From positions 32,001 through 96,000 of IMG/VR virus record IMGVR_UViG_3300028840_003497: a DNA stretch of 64,000 nucleotides; one strand, written 5' to 3'. The position numbers were made by a program, and so were the translations under genes. Below the pieces are notes generated by a model. It was not told the origin of the DNA. It saw nothing but the letters and a program-made list of their open reading frames with translations, and did not search any database. Source of the DNA: a virus. Shown piece after piece: positions 39,533-49,337 of the stretch (within the stretch, counting starts at the first letter, position 1; the number at the start of each line of letters is the position of its first letter).

Positions 39533-41902
39533 CTATTTCTCGGGTTTCCTCGTCTTCGGCTTGCCGGTGTCCTTGTCCTGATCTAATGCAAGATCCACCC
39601 ACTGAGCACTGTCCCCCTCGCGGATCGGGCTCACGCTTGTCAGATCAAAATACCTCTGGCAAATAACGTCACAGTATCTGGGATCCATCTCAGATCCAAA
39701 ACCGCGCCTCCCTGTGCGCTCTGCCGCAATGATCGTCGTGCCACTACCCATAAATGAATCCAGCACAATATCGTCCCGCAAGGAGCTGTTTTTGATCGCC
39801 CGCTCGACCAACTCGATGGGCTTCATGGTATTATGGGACATGCCAATCGCTGTCTGAAACGTATGACATCCTTCAACAACCAAGTTGCACACAACACCAT
39901 TATATGGAGATTTCTCGACGCTCATGATACGCCGCGTGAAACACTCCACACCATCGTATTCGAAGAAATGATACGCTGGACACTTGCTCCGCTGAGGCGA
40001 AACAAAAACAACATAGCAAGGCAGCGTCTCTTTAAAAATCCTATCACCAATTCCAGCCCCAGGAGGAGCATTGTGAATATTTGTCGTCGTCCTGAAACCG
40101 AGAGACTCTGCCAACATAGCCACCTGAGCCGCAAGGAAAGGAGACACTGTCTTGCACACACGGTAGTGCCGTATATTGCTCCCGTCTCCAGCCATATACC
40201 CATCCAACATCGCAGATCGAGTCTCCTCCGACCACTGGTCAAAGCGAGGGAACATCTTATTTGCTGCCCCACGCCCGCACATTTTCTCAAGACGATCCCC
40301 CCAATCACTGTCGAAGAAAACAACATTCATCCCATTGCCGTGATTGTCATACACGGAGGCCTTCGCCTTAAATGCCAACTCCAATAACTTCACCAGATGA
40401 CCCTCTTTGACATGCAACGAAAAACGAGGAAACTGCTTCTTCCCGTTCCCAGCCTTTAGGAATGATCCTTCTGCAGCAAATAATCCTATGGCCCAAGCTT
40501 CATCAACAGAAGGGCTACGCCCAACACCGCACTCTAGTTTCGGCGTCAAAACATAGTCTCCAGCCAGAAGATCCGAAGCCTCAACAAATCTCGGATCATC
40601 ATACTGCCCACTCCCTACACGCCTACGAATCAGGAATGGGTGATTATGTGTTGCCGAAACCGACAAGGAAGACCCAGAAACCGAGATATGAAAAATATCC
40701 TCTTTATACTCGTGCACCGTCACATTCTTTACAGAATGAAACTTGCCATCGTGACCAAACACAGAATCACCAATGCCAACGTCAGATATCGGCTGATATC
40801 CCTTGTCTGTTACAATCATGCTATCCGGAGAGAGACACGGATGTAAATCGTTCTTTCTCGGCTTGTCGTAATTCCAAACGTCCGCCTGATCCCGATCCCC
40901 ACACCAGTGTCGATCCGTAGCTCCCTCTCTCCATCCGTACAAGATCGGCTCGTACTGCCGCTGATAGTCCGAGCGACCTATCGTAAATGTATTCTTGGCC
41001 CAGATGATGAACGTGGACCAGTGTCCACCGGCCTCTCGGAACGTTCCCTGCAAAGTATCCAGCTCCGACGAAGACATGCAAATATAGATCGCGCCTTCAC
41101 AGACCGGCAACATCGCCTGCATAGTCTTCAGCAAGAACGGACGGAATTCCTCACCGAGATCGTCATTCTCGATCTCCCGATGATTCCCGCGCAGTTTATC
41201 CTTCATTGTCTTGCCATAGGCCACGTTATACGGAGGATCCGTGAAAATCATCTTGGCAGCCTCTCCATCCATAACCTTGTCAATCACCGCGCGGTCCGTC
41301 GAGTCTCCACAAATCAACCTGTGAGGCCCCATCTTCCAAACGTCTCCCAGGCTCGTGATAGCAGGGACTGTGTCCGGGTCCGGAGGATCTGGCGGCTCTG
41401 CGCCCCCCTCACCCTGGCCGTCCTTGTACTCGGAGATTAACCATTCGACCTCCTCGCGCTCGAACCCGATCCCAGCAATGGCCTCGTCACCCTCTTTCAA
41501 CATGGCTTGCAAGTGAACCGCCAAAGCATCGTCGTCCCACTCCGACACAATCTCACCTAAGCGGTTGTCAGAGATATTGAACCCGGCAGCCGTCACGTTG
41601 TCATCATCGGCCCAGATCACCGGAATATGCATCAGACCAATGTCCTGACAAGCATACAAACGCTGATGCCCCGCCTCAATAATCCCGGTCCTTTTGTTAA
41701 CCAAAATAGGCCAACGAACTCCAAACCTCTGAATCCCGGCAACCAGCGTCTCCAACGACACAGTCTTCCGGGGATTCGACGGATCAGGCTTCACTTCGCC
41801 AATCGGCTTAAGCAACGGAATCAAATCCGGAAGCACTTCAATGTCACGCTTTGCACCCTTCAAATAAAAACGCTCTCCGCGCTTATCATACGGTTCACCC
41901 AT
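39533..41902 (-). CDS. ParB-like N-terminal domain fused to N6/N4 DNA methyltransferase, with intein (spliced ~453 aa)
   Basis: P...NPR, FG...PI, AGHQR, DNRL.E; GD.W..G.HRLICGDS, TDPPY, HP|TMKP, LDSFMGSGTT, E.DP.YCDVI..R. Confidence 0.92.
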   Translation of the reverse strand: MGEPYDKRGERFYLKGAKRDIEVLPDLIPLLKPIGEVKPDPSNPRKTVSLETLVAGIQRFGVRWPILVNKRTGIIEAGHQRLYACQDIGLMHIPVIWADDDNVTAAGFNISDNRLGEIVSEWDDDALAVHLQAMLKEGDEAIAGIGFEREEVEWLISEYKDGQGEGGAEPPDPPDPDTVPAITSLGDVWKMGPHRLICGDSTDRAVIDKVMDGEAAKMIFTDPPYNVAYGKTMKDKLRGNHREIENDDLGEEFRPFLLKTMQAMLPVCEGAIYICMSSSELDTLQGTFREAGGHWSTFIIWAKNTFTIGRSDYQRQYEPILYGWREGATDRHWCGDRDQADVWNYDKPRKNDLHPCLSPDSMIVTDKGYQPISDVGIGDSVFGHDGKFHSVKNVTVHEYKEDIFHISVSGSSLSVSATHNHPFLIRRRVGSGQYDDPRFVEASDLLAGDYVLTPKLECGVGRSPSVDEAWAIGLFAAEGSFLKAGNGKKQFPRFSLHVKEGHLVKLLELAFKAKASVYDNHGNGMNVVFFDSDWGDRLEKMCGRGAANKMFPRFDQWSEETRSAMLDGYMAGDGSNIRHYRVCKTVSPFLAAQVAMLAESLGFRTTTNIHNAPPGAGIGDRIFKETLPCYVVFVSPQRSKCPAYHFFEYDGVECFTRRIMSVEKSPYNGVVCNLVVEGCHTFQTAIGMSHNTMKPIELVERAIKNSSLRDDIVLDSFMGSGTTIIAAERTGRRGFGSEMDPRYCDVICQRYFDLTSVSPIREGDSAQWVDLALDQDKDTGKPKTRKPEK
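39830..40837 (-). mobile_element. Intein in DNA methyltransferase (336 aa), LAGLIDADG type
   Basis: DLHP|CLSPDS...ATHNHPF...IGLFAAEG...DGYMAGDG...VCNLVV...GMSHN|TMKP. Confidence 0.92.
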
Positions 41903-41985
41903 TATGTTCTCCTGTTATTAGAGGGGGGAAGGAACTCAAAAAAAACACAACATAAATCAACATTCAACAATCTCCAGCTTGGAAG

Positions 41986-42014
41986 ACGTTACGCTTCCAC
42001 CGCGCATTTGTCAA
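41986..42014 (-). promoter_or_regulatory. sigma70-like promoter upstream of the methyltransferase
   Basis: TTGACA-17 nt-TAACGT in an intergenic gap. Confidence 0.65.
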
Positions 42015-42035
42015 CAAGAATCAAAAAATGAAGAT

Positions 42036-42051
42036 GCGAACTCAAGTTCGT
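42036..42051. repeat. Dispersed palindrome copy 9
   Basis: Intergenic, 21 nt upstream of the methyltransferase promoter -35. Confidence 0.85.
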
Positions 42052-42057
42052 CGCTCA

Positions 42058-42498
42058 TCACTCCTTCTTAGGGATATTCATCTTCTCACGAATCGCAGAC
42101 AGATCGTCTTTCTGGTCATCAATCTTGTCGCCGAGCTTCTTGACGTTCTCTTTTAATTCCCCCTGGACTTCCTTGATGGTGTCGAGCTTCGTCTCGTGGA
42201 CACTTTGATCAGTATGCATCTCCTGTTGCTGATCACCAATCCTCTGAATCCCGTCCGAATTCCTTGAAACGCGAACGTTCATATTTTGAAAACTGAAAAA
42301 CAGCGCTCCAGAAGCAAAAACAATAGGAATAAACCAAACGATTAGCTTGGCCCATGTGTCACGAGACAACCCGAGGGGACCTTTGTCATTCTTTGGAGGG
42401 AGATAGTTGCACGACGTGCAGTGTTCGGAGTTATGGTTTGATTCGTAATGCCCGACATCAGAAGGGGAAAGAGCAACGGATTCTGGGGAACCTTTCAC
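42058..42498 (-). CDS. Single-TM coiled-coil membrane protein (holin/XhlA-like architecture)
   Basis: TAAGGAGG RBS with GTG at 42498; TM LIVWFIPIVFASGALFF, then coiled coil. Confidence 0.55.
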   Translation of the reverse strand: MKGSPESVALSPSDVGHYESNHNSEHCTSCNYLPPKNDKGPLGLSRDTWAKLIVWFIPIVFASGALFFSFQNMNVRVSRNSDGIQRIGDQQQEMHTDQSVHETKLDTIKEVQGELKENVKKLGDKIDDQKDDLSAIREKMNIPKKE

Positions 42499-42607
42499 GT
42501 CGACCTCCTTATCAATAAGAGTATCCACAATTAGATACGAAGTCCACATAAAATATGTATCAGGGAATGATGTTAAGCGCAATCAAAAAAACAGAACAGG
42601 TCGCGAA

Positions 42608-43465
42608 CTACTCCTCGGGCTCGTCACCATCGTATTCGGCATTTTCGGATGTGCCATCGCCTTTGTCCCGACTCTCCAACTCCTCGATCAGACCGGCACC
42701 GTACGCTACACTGTCGTCTTCCTCAACGTATGCGATGAGCCGAACACCGAGGTTCTTCTCCATCTTGCGGAACACGTCTTGGATCGACTCGATTCCGGCA
42801 TTCGTTCCCAAATACTCCGTGCAAATAAGATCGAGGTTGTTGCCTGGCTTCTCGCTTCCCGAGATTTCCCCAGCCTTTTCCAATGCCCGGCTGACGTTCT
42901 TGTGTTGCTCGGGGAAGAGTTTGAAATTCATTGGTTTCGGCTTCTCCTCGCCGCCCTCATCTCCTTCTCCGTCTCCACCTCCGCCACCCTCACCCTTGGC
43001 ATCTTTGAGCATCTTGTCGATCTCGACAACAGATTTCCCGGCGACCTTATTGCGCCATTCAGATGCGTTCTCGACAGTCACAATGTGCATGAGCATACGA
43101 GCTTTCGTCCACCCAAGACCCCGCATCCACTGCTGAATATTGGCTGGCATTTTCTTGAACCACTCCTGCAACTGCACAAGAAACTGAGCCTTTCGGATAT
43201 GAATCTGCAGTTCTTTCTCGACATATTCGCGAAAGGAATCAAAGCCCCAGTCCCGATACATATCCTCGTCGTAAGCGGTCTCCAGCACGACAGCCAGATC
43301 CCAATTCTTGTCTTCGGTCTCAGCAAGTAACCGCAGAATTTTGTCTCTGATCTCCTTGTTACCGTACTTGCTTTCCTCGTTTTCACCCTCACCAACTACA
43401 GCCAGATCCAAACCATCCTTGGTTTCGTCAACCTTAGCTTTCTTTACTTTCTTCTTTGCCACCAT
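42608..43465 (-). CDS. Putative helical DNA-binding protein
   Basis: Y..WGF.SF.EY...EL....RKA..L...LGWTKA..L pattern seen in phage HTH-like proteins. Confidence 0.5.
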   Translation of the reverse strand: MVAKKKVKKAKVDETKDGLDLAVVGEGENEESKYGNKEIRDKILRLLAETEDKNWDLAVVLETAYDEDMYRDWGFDSFREYVEKELQIHIRKAQFLVQLQEWFKKMPANIQQWMRGLGWTKARMLMHIVTVENASEWRNKVAGKSVVEIDKMLKDAKGEGGGGGDGEGDEGGEEKPKPMNFKLFPEQHKNVSRALEKAGEISGSEKPGNNLDLICTEYLGTNAGIESIQDVFRKMEKNLGVRLIAYVEEDDSVAYGAGLIEELESRDKGDGTSENAEYDGDEPEE

Positions 43466-44000
43466 TGTCTATCTCCTTGTTTTGCAACCGTAAACATTCA
43501 GCAATCACATATGCATCTGCAATATTGTCATCGCTTACCTTGAAACCGCGCTCACACACGGCTTTGATTATTTCTTTCTTGCCCTTCCTCCCTTTGGAGA
43601 AGCGGCCCTTTCCAAGCACTCTCTTCCTGGCAGAAGAGGCCACGATCATAGTAGGAATGAGACCCAGAGCAAGCCACAACTGCGATTTGACAGTACCCTG
43701 AATCTCTCCGAGGTCGTTCTGTTTTCCACTCGCACCGAAAGCATACTGCTCAATGGCTATTTCGATGACATCTGCCACACGAACATGCCGTGTCTCCACC
43801 GACCGACACATTTTAACGATACCATTGGCAATATAGACCAGCCTTTCGATTTTTTTCTTGACAGATGCATCCCTCGGAAGCTCCCAGCCCCAGAGCCCAT
43901 GGTCTACAACCTTACCATCCTGGTTAACCACCACCGCAGCAGCTGCCCTGACCGACAAGTCAAGCCCAATGAAAAATCGCTCTTTGCACACCATGATCAT
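43434..44000 (-). CDS. RuvC-like Holliday junction resolvase
   Basis: IGLDLS, IEQYAF, LGE..G, GKG...K..I, D.NIADA. Confidence 0.85.
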   Translation of the reverse strand: MIMVCKERFFIGLDLSVRAAAAVVVNQDGKVVDHGLWGWELPRDASVKKKIERLVYIANGIVKMCRSVETRHVRVADVIEIAIEQYAFGASGKQNDLGEIQGTVKSQLWLALGLIPTMIVASSARKRVLGKGRFSKGRKGKKEIIKAVCERGFKVSDDNIADAYVIAECLRLQNKEIDNGGKEESKES

Positions 44001-44581
44001 CAATACGTCCCGCAAGACAACCGGATACCCTTCGCCAGCACATGCGGCATCCCGCCAGGATCTATGGTCACTCTCTCTAGCAACCGGTGCCAAACAAAAA
44101 CTTGTTCATAAATGTCGTCACTCGGGATCACGCCAACAAAGGCATACCTCGGATCGTTTCTATTGATACGGTCGAGCAGGTTCCGGCGTGCCCTCTCGCG
44201 AGAAAACAATTTCCTGTCCTTGCTCGTGCATACCGAGAAGTATGCGTTGACATATTTTCCGTACAAATCCTCACGCACCACCTTGTAGGCCACAGCGATC
44301 ACAAAGTTACCAACCTCCTCGTAAAAAAGGTTGTATCCCTTGCTCAGGATCGCATCAAACACTGACTTCCTTTCTGCCTTGCGGGCATCACGAGCAACCT
44401 GCACCTCCATGTCACGTTCAATCTTGCGCCGGTAATGGATCAAGGAAAGGATCATCGCCCCTTCCTGCTTATCCTCCGGAACATTGTGGAGCCACAATGG
44501 AACTTCGAAAGGAATCTCCAACTCGTCAGCCTTCTCTCTCCCCGCCGCTATAACGGCATCTCTAATTGTTTGATTCGTCAT
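44000..44581 (-). CDS. Hypothetical protein
   Basis: Start MTNQTIR; CT.KD..LFSR..AR motif. Confidence 0.55.
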   Translation of the reverse strand: MTNQTIRDAVIAAGREKADELEIPFEVPLWLHNVPEDKQEGAMILSLIHYRRKIERDMEVQVARDARKAERKSVFDAILSKGYNLFYEEVGNFVIAVAYKVVREDLYGKYVNAYFSVCTSKDRKLFSRERARRNLLDRINRNDPRYAFVGVIPSDDIYEQVFVWHRLLERVTIDPGGMPHVLAKGIRLSCGTY

Positions 44582-45188
44582 CGTCTCTATCCTTATGTCG
44601 AGACGCCGAGATCGCAACCAAATCGTGCCCACCTCGCATCTCAGTACAAATCGCCAGCGCGTCTTCCAGGAGCACCGGCTTGTAATTCCACACGTCGACA
44701 CCAACATCGACGATATTATCGAGAGATCGATACATCCCGTGAAGATGCCCATGAAGTACCGGCTTGTCCTTCGGCCACACAGTCGCGTCCGCAGGATCGT
44801 GTGTCACGAGTATCCCTCCCGGCAAGACGAGCGAAGTCGCAGCCAAAACGAAACCGCGATTCAAATACCACTTCGGCTTGAATCGATCATGGTTTCCAAA
44901 CACAAGCACCTTAACACCTGGCATTTTCGAGATGATCTTCTCCACGTAATTGTCCCGCATGGGGCCAAACAATGTAAGATCCCCAGCAATAATAAACAGA
45001 TCGTTCTCGCCAACACAATCGTTCATATTGCGAATCAGACCCTCATCCATCTTGGCCAAGTTCGCCCACGGACGATTACCCTTCTTCCACACAGTCTCGT
45101 GGCCAAAGTGCAAATCAGCCGTGAGCCAGATCTTATCGAACCCCATCTCTGTATAGTCAAGCGTTGGCAACATCATAGCATCCCCCAT
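44562..45188 (-). CDS. Calcineurin-like metallophosphoesterase
   Basis: DLHFGH, GD, GNHD, H.P, HGHLH, DVGVD. Confidence 0.9.
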   Translation of the reverse strand: MGDAMMLPTLDYTEMGFDKIWLTADLHFGHETVWKKGNRPWANLAKMDEGLIRNMNDCVGENDLFIIAGDLTLFGPMRDNYVEKIISKMPGVKVLVFGNHDRFKPKWYLNRGFVLAATSLVLPGGILVTHDPADATVWPKDKPVLHGHLHGMYRSLDNIVDVGVDVWNYKPVLLEDALAICTEMRGGHDLVAISASRHKDRDDDESNN

Positions 45189-45189
45189 A

Positions 45190-46257
45190 TCAACCTGCCT
45201 TTTTCTTTCGCTTTCTGACACCAAAACAAAGATCACGCCCGTCGCAGAACTTTGGTTTTCCCTTCGATTTCATCTGGCATTCCGTAAGCCGAGGCATCTC
45301 CTCTGCCGCAGCCCGCATAACAAGACGCACGCTTTCCATTGCCTCGGACTCAAGATCCTTAAAGGCCACCGTGTTCTCATCACAAACCAACGCAGTCTGA
45401 TCATCACGGATCCTGTCAATAGCCGCGACCGCCAAGATGCAAGACCGAAACCTGTCCTGGATCTCCTCGATGATCGACTCGTCACGATTGACGAGATGTT
45501 CGATCATCCCAGATGCCAAACTGCGATCTCCTTTAAAAATGTAAATAATCCTAGCCTTCTGGATCCCAGTCGCCCACATCCCAATGTGAGCCTGCTCGAT
45601 ATGCTGAGACCTCGGCCTCCCTCCGAACTTCGGATTCAGGTCATCCTTAGCATCCAACTTCTCCGTCTTGATCTCAACAACCTCCAAGCCTTCATCAGGC
45701 CAATCGAAAATAGCGTCGATCTTCACAACCGCCCTGTAACCAGGAATCCTCAATTTCGGCTCGTCGTACTCCCACCCATCACCGGCTGGTCTCGGACCCC
45801 ATCCACGCTCCAGAGATACACCATCAGGGACCTTGTTCTCAAAACCAACTACTTCCCTCTTAAATTTAGAGGTGTCATCTTCGTCGATCTGCACCCAGCG
45901 CTTCCAACGACCAAGCATGACACCATCCGGGAAGGACGCCAGAGCCTTTTGCTGCATCAGATCGTGATAAGCATGCCCCTGGTCGAAGTTCCAGAGTGTC
46001 TCAGATCGAAACATCACCTTCGGAGCATCAGCCTTCTCCTGTTGAGACGCCATCAGCGCAAACATTCTCGGACACACTTTGTGAACACCCGAGGCTCCGA
46101 TCCACCATTCTTTCCAGATCGGATCGTTCTTGTCGAGGGTGACATTCGCAGCCCCTCTCTCCTCGATCCAATGCTCCTTGAGGGCCTCCACAACTTTGGT
46201 CGAGGCAATACTAATCGGTGGCAGCTCTCTTTGCTGCCTCATATGCTGACCCAACAT
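45190..46257 (-). CDS. Cas4/RecB-like exonuclease with putative Fe-S cysteines
   Basis: AS....CPR, G...H, KIDAI...VEIKT, Q...Y/M, C-terminal C..C.....C. Confidence 0.7.
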   Translation of the reverse strand: MLGQHMRQQRELPPISIASTKVVEALKEHWIEERGAANVTLDKNDPIWKEWWIGASGVHKVCPRMFALMASQQEKADAPKVMFRSETLWNFDQGHAYHDLMQQKALASFPDGVMLGRWKRWVQIDEDDTSKFKREVVGFENKVPDGVSLERGWGPRPAGDGWEYDEPKLRIPGYRAVVKIDAIFDWPDEGLEVVEIKTEKLDAKDDLNPKFGGRPRSQHIEQAHIGMWATGIQKARIIYIFKGDRSLASGMIEHLVNRDESIIEEIQDRFRSCILAVAAIDRIRDDQTALVCDENTVAFKDLESEAMESVRLVMRAAAEEMPRLTECQMKSKGKPKFCDGRDLCFGVRKRKKKAG

Positions 46258-46302
46258 TCAACCTCCTCCGGCAATCTATGCCGACATCAACTCTACATTT
46301 TT

Positions 46303-46686
46303 TCAACCGGACTTCTGCATCCCAGCCTTTTTGTCAATTTCATTAACCCGGAAAGTAATATGACATACGGATTCGTCATCACTGATTCCTCCGTAAAACT
46401 GCGAGAGATGCCCGAACCACACCTCACCATTGGCAAATCCATCCGTAATAGGTAGCCTTTTGTCCTTGCGAAACTGTGCCACCGTACCCGGACGCACACT
46501 GACTACTGTTGCCTTCCCAAAGGGGATCGGCTTGCCATCATCCGGGGTCCATGGAAGAAACTTCGAGGTGAAAACCAACTCTCCATTCGCAGAATGCGGA
46601 CATGTGCCTTTGGGATATCTTCTAACAATCCCAGCACATTTTCCTTCCATGATTAAGCGAGTTTCGGTACGTGTGCAACTAAACAT
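46303..46686 (-). CDS. ASCH/PUA-like domain protein
   Basis: I.EGK....RR, FG.A.V..V, DGF......F..L..FY, ITF. Confidence 0.55.
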   Translation of the reverse strand: MFSCTRTETRLIMEGKCAGIVRRYPKGTCPHSANGELVFTSKFLPWTPDDGKPIPFGKATVVSVRPGTVAQFRKDKRLPITDGFANGEVWFGHLSQFYGGISDDESVCHITFRVNEIDKKAGMQKSG

Positions 46687-46704
46687 CTATCAACTCCTTC
46701 ATCT

Positions 46705-46720
46705 GCGAACTTGAGTTCGC
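46705..46720. repeat. Dispersed palindrome copy 10
   Basis: Intergenic, 18 nt before the ATG at 46686. Confidence 0.85.
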
Positions 46721-46755
46721 AGCAGCGGGATCGTAATCCCCAACAAAAAACCAGC

Positions 46756-47469
46756 TTAACTCTTTCCGCTCAGCCTGTCCAGACCTAGAAACCTCGATCC
46801 AACCTTACTCAGCAAACGCACAAACGCCAAATCATTCTCCAGCGCATCAAGCCTAGCATCAGCCCCAATGTTAGTACGCGACACACTGGGCGCACCAAAA
46901 GGAGGAGCATCTTCGTGTTCTCTTACCCCAGGATTGGCCTCACATGCCCGCATTCGCTCCAACTCGGCCAAGCGTCCCCGCATACGCTCTAGCTCGGCCT
47001 CTGCGGCCTGCATCAGCGGAGCCTGCGACTGAAGGCGAACCAGCGCCCCTGTAGTGCGTTCCACTACATTCTCCCAGTTCAGATCGTCCCCGTATGCGGC
47101 TTGCATCTTGGACAGCGCCTTGGAAGCCCTTACAACAACGTCCGAGCCTGAAAGGCTTTTCTGTCTGGACTGGATCAGTTCAGTTTGAATCCTGTCCACA
47201 TTCGTATTAGCAACTCCAATCTGAGTCTTCAAATCTGTGTTTTCTAATTGGAGCTTCTGGGATCTCTCTATAAGGAGAGTCAATTCTGCAAGAACAAGTG
47301 CCTGGTTAATTGCCCCATCCTCCGGACAAGTCCCAAGCACCAGCTTCGTTACATCCGAGACAAACGCCTCCAGCCCAGACTGATCACAGCACTTATCATC
47401 CGAGCAATCATTACGATCGCATGAGTGATCCACACCAGATTCACTTCCACATTCAACTTTGTTCTTCAT
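46756..47469 (-). CDS. Coiled-coil hypothetical protein
   Basis: 237-aa ORF. Confidence 0.6.
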   Translation of the reverse strand: MKNKVECGSESGVDHSCDRNDCSDDKCCDQSGLEAFVSDVTKLVLGTCPEDGAINQALVLAELTLLIERSQKLQLENTDLKTQIGVANTNVDRIQTELIQSRQKSLSGSDVVVRASKALSKMQAAYGDDLNWENVVERTTGALVRLQSQAPLMQAAEAELERMRGRLAELERMRACEANPGVREHEDAPPFGAPSVSRTNIGADARLDALENDLAFVRLLSKVGSRFLGLDRLSGKS

Positions 47470-47695
47470 TATTCAACCCTTCCACAATCTTTTCCAGCAA
47501 TGAGCAGATAACCTCTGCCTGTGTCTTGTTTTTCATATCCACCGAATCAACGTAATTGGCAACTGAAGCAAAAATGTTGTCAATATCATTCTGAAGTTCC
47601 TTTATCTTGCCACCCTGCACGTACCACCCAGCCCAGAACCCTAACAATACTGACAAAATAAAGAAAACAACCACTACGATAGCAACTACTCCCAT
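47453..47695 (-). CDS. Small membrane protein
   Basis: AGGAGG RBS; N-terminal TM helix. Confidence 0.6.
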   Translation of the reverse strand: MGVVAIVVVVFFILSVLLGFWAGWYVQGGKIKELQNDIDNIFASVANYVDSVDMKNKTQAEVICSLLEKIVEGLNNEEQS

Positions 47696-48474
47696 GGTAC
47701 CTCCTGCACACGCGCCCACTCGGGCCACGTTTCCATATCCTTGCCCTTACCTTTTTCTCCGTTCGACTTGGCCCAGCCAGATCCGAACTGCTTCATGAAC
47801 ACTTTCACACCCGCCATTTGGCACTGTTCAATGATGTCAAGAGCCCAATGCGGATACATCATCCGCGCCCCAGGTCCAGACTCTCCACCAATAATGACCC
47901 AATTCAAACTATCCGAATCCAGCCACTGCCAGCGCCCCGGCATCACCCCTCCAAAGCCAATGTCCAACTCCTCCAAGAGGGGCTCGCAGCTGAGAAAACG
48001 AACCTGCGACGGACAGTCCAACAGCACGGGCACCCGCGCCATGGCCACCTCGTTGTTCTCCACCGTTGCCCCGTGATAGATGTGCCCGTAGTCCTGCGGG
48101 TAGCCCTGGCGACCCTTCAAGAAGTCCCGCATCCGCTCCGGACGCTTCGTGAGAACCTGAAAGATGTGCCTCGGGTTATTCTCCATCTCGACGTACACGT
48201 CCTCGATGAAGCTCGTCGGGATCGCCCGGTGGAACAGGTCCCCCATCGAGCAAACGAACACCTTCCTCGGCCTCGTCCACCTCGACGGCTGGTCGAGCCG
48301 ATCCGGATGCGTCGTGGGCTTGAACCCGTTCTTGTAGCCCTCCTGCCCCATCGCCTTCAGCCGCCTGGACATCTTCTCGGCGTAGCAGTTGTCGCACCCG
48401 GGGCTGACCTTCGTGCAACCGGTCACCGGGTTCCATGTCGCATCCGTCCACTCAATATTGCTCTTGTCACCCAT
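47686..48474 (-). CDS. DUF5131 (phage Gp37/Gp68) radical-SAM-like protein
   Basis: IEWTD.TWNPVTGCTKVSPGCDNCYA, FVCSMGDLFH, LTKRP, SCEPLL, WVI.GGESG, FMKQ. Confidence 0.92.
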   Translation of the reverse strand: MGDKSNIEWTDATWNPVTGCTKVSPGCDNCYAEKMSRRLKAMGQEGYKNGFKPTTHPDRLDQPSRWTRPRKVFVCSMGDLFHRAIPTSFIEDVYVEMENNPRHIFQVLTKRPERMRDFLKGRQGYPQDYGHIYHGATVENNEVAMARVPVLLDCPSQVRFLSCEPLLEELDIGFGGVMPGRWQWLDSDSLNWVIIGGESGPGARMMYPHWALDIIEQCQMAGVKVFMKQFGSGWAKSNGEKGKGKDMETWPEWARVQEVPWE

Positions 48475-48727
48475 CTACATGCCTCATCATTGTCCTCATA
48501 AAAATCGTAGAATACGCATCTTCAAGAATCAGCCTCAATTCATCCTTAGTATTAGCTCTTCCAATCTCCATCTTCTCACCACGTTCAATAAGACTGAGCA
48601 CGTACAGATCGCCATCCATAACAACCTCCACACCTAATCCCATCTTGTCTTCAATTTCGAACAAGGCCCACCATAACTTAGATAGTCGTTCAACGTGGGG
48701 GCCGAAATTAGGTGTCTTGTCACCCAT
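48467..48727 (-). CDS. Hypothetical protein
   Basis: ORF in operon. Confidence 0.5.
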   Translation of the reverse strand: MGDKTPNFGPHVERLSKLWWALFEIEDKMGLGVEVVMDGDLYVLSLIERGEKMEIGRANTKDELRLILEDAYSTIFMRTMMRHVDG

Positions 48728-48989
48728 TATGACAGCCAGAAATCGGGACAGCATCAACACACCTTTTCTCAGAGCACGGATGGATCTCTCTATCACCGCT
48801 CCACGGATGAGGATCACTCATGGCTATGAACTCAGCCTCCGCTCCGTTCTTTCCTTTCCAGTAAACAGGCTTAGTCTTATCTGAGTCCTCAAACATACGG
48901 AAAACATCGCCTTTTTTCACGTCACAGATCCCTTTGACACTAATCCATCCGTCACCATTCTTTACCTCAACAATACGTTTTTCACTCAT
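48720..48989 (-). CDS. Hypothetical protein
   Basis: GAGGAG RBS. Confidence 0.55.
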   Translation of the reverse strand: MSEKRIVEVKNGDGWISVKGICDVKKGDVFRMFEDSDKTKPVYWKGKNGAEAEFIAMSDPHPWSGDREIHPCSEKRCVDAVPISGCHNG

Positions 48990-49058
48990 CTCTGCTCCTC
49001 GATTCCTTTAGCCTCAGCACCCACGGATCGCACTCCATCTTATTCTCTGGATCAAAAC

Positions 49059-49328
49059 CTATTTGATACTCCTACACGGCGGTGGCTCAGGAGGCTCGGG
49101 TGGATCTAGCAACTTTGATCTGCCTTCTACGTCATATCCGTTATTCGGGGCTCCACACTCTGAGCATCTGTCTCTGTTCAGATTGAACTTCTCGCAATAC
49201 GGACACTTCCACGGATTGTTTTCTTCCCGCGTATCAACGTAGAAAACAACCCTACTCGGCCTATGAGCCTGTAGAGGTTTCGGTCGCGGAACCATTGGTG
49301 GTCCATTTATACCCATATCGACTCCCAT
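49059..49328 (-). CDS. RanBP2-like Zn finger, Pro-rich protein
   Basis: WKCPYC...N....CSECGAP. Confidence 0.55.
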   Translation of the reverse strand: MGVDMGINGPPMVPRPKPLQAHRPSRVVFYVDTREENNPWKCPYCEKFNLNRDRCSECGAPNNGYDVEGRSKLLDPPEPPEPPPCRSIK

Positions 49329-49337
49329 CTCATCATC

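Noticed and set aside
45190-46257. CRISPR-Cas locus suggested by the Cas4-like gene
   Set aside because: No repeat-spacer array or other cas genes; solo Cas4-like exonucleases are common in phages
46727-46750. GGGAT-CGTA-ATCCC hairpin as a terminator
   Set aside because: On the coding strand the T-run precedes rather than follows the 5-bp stem
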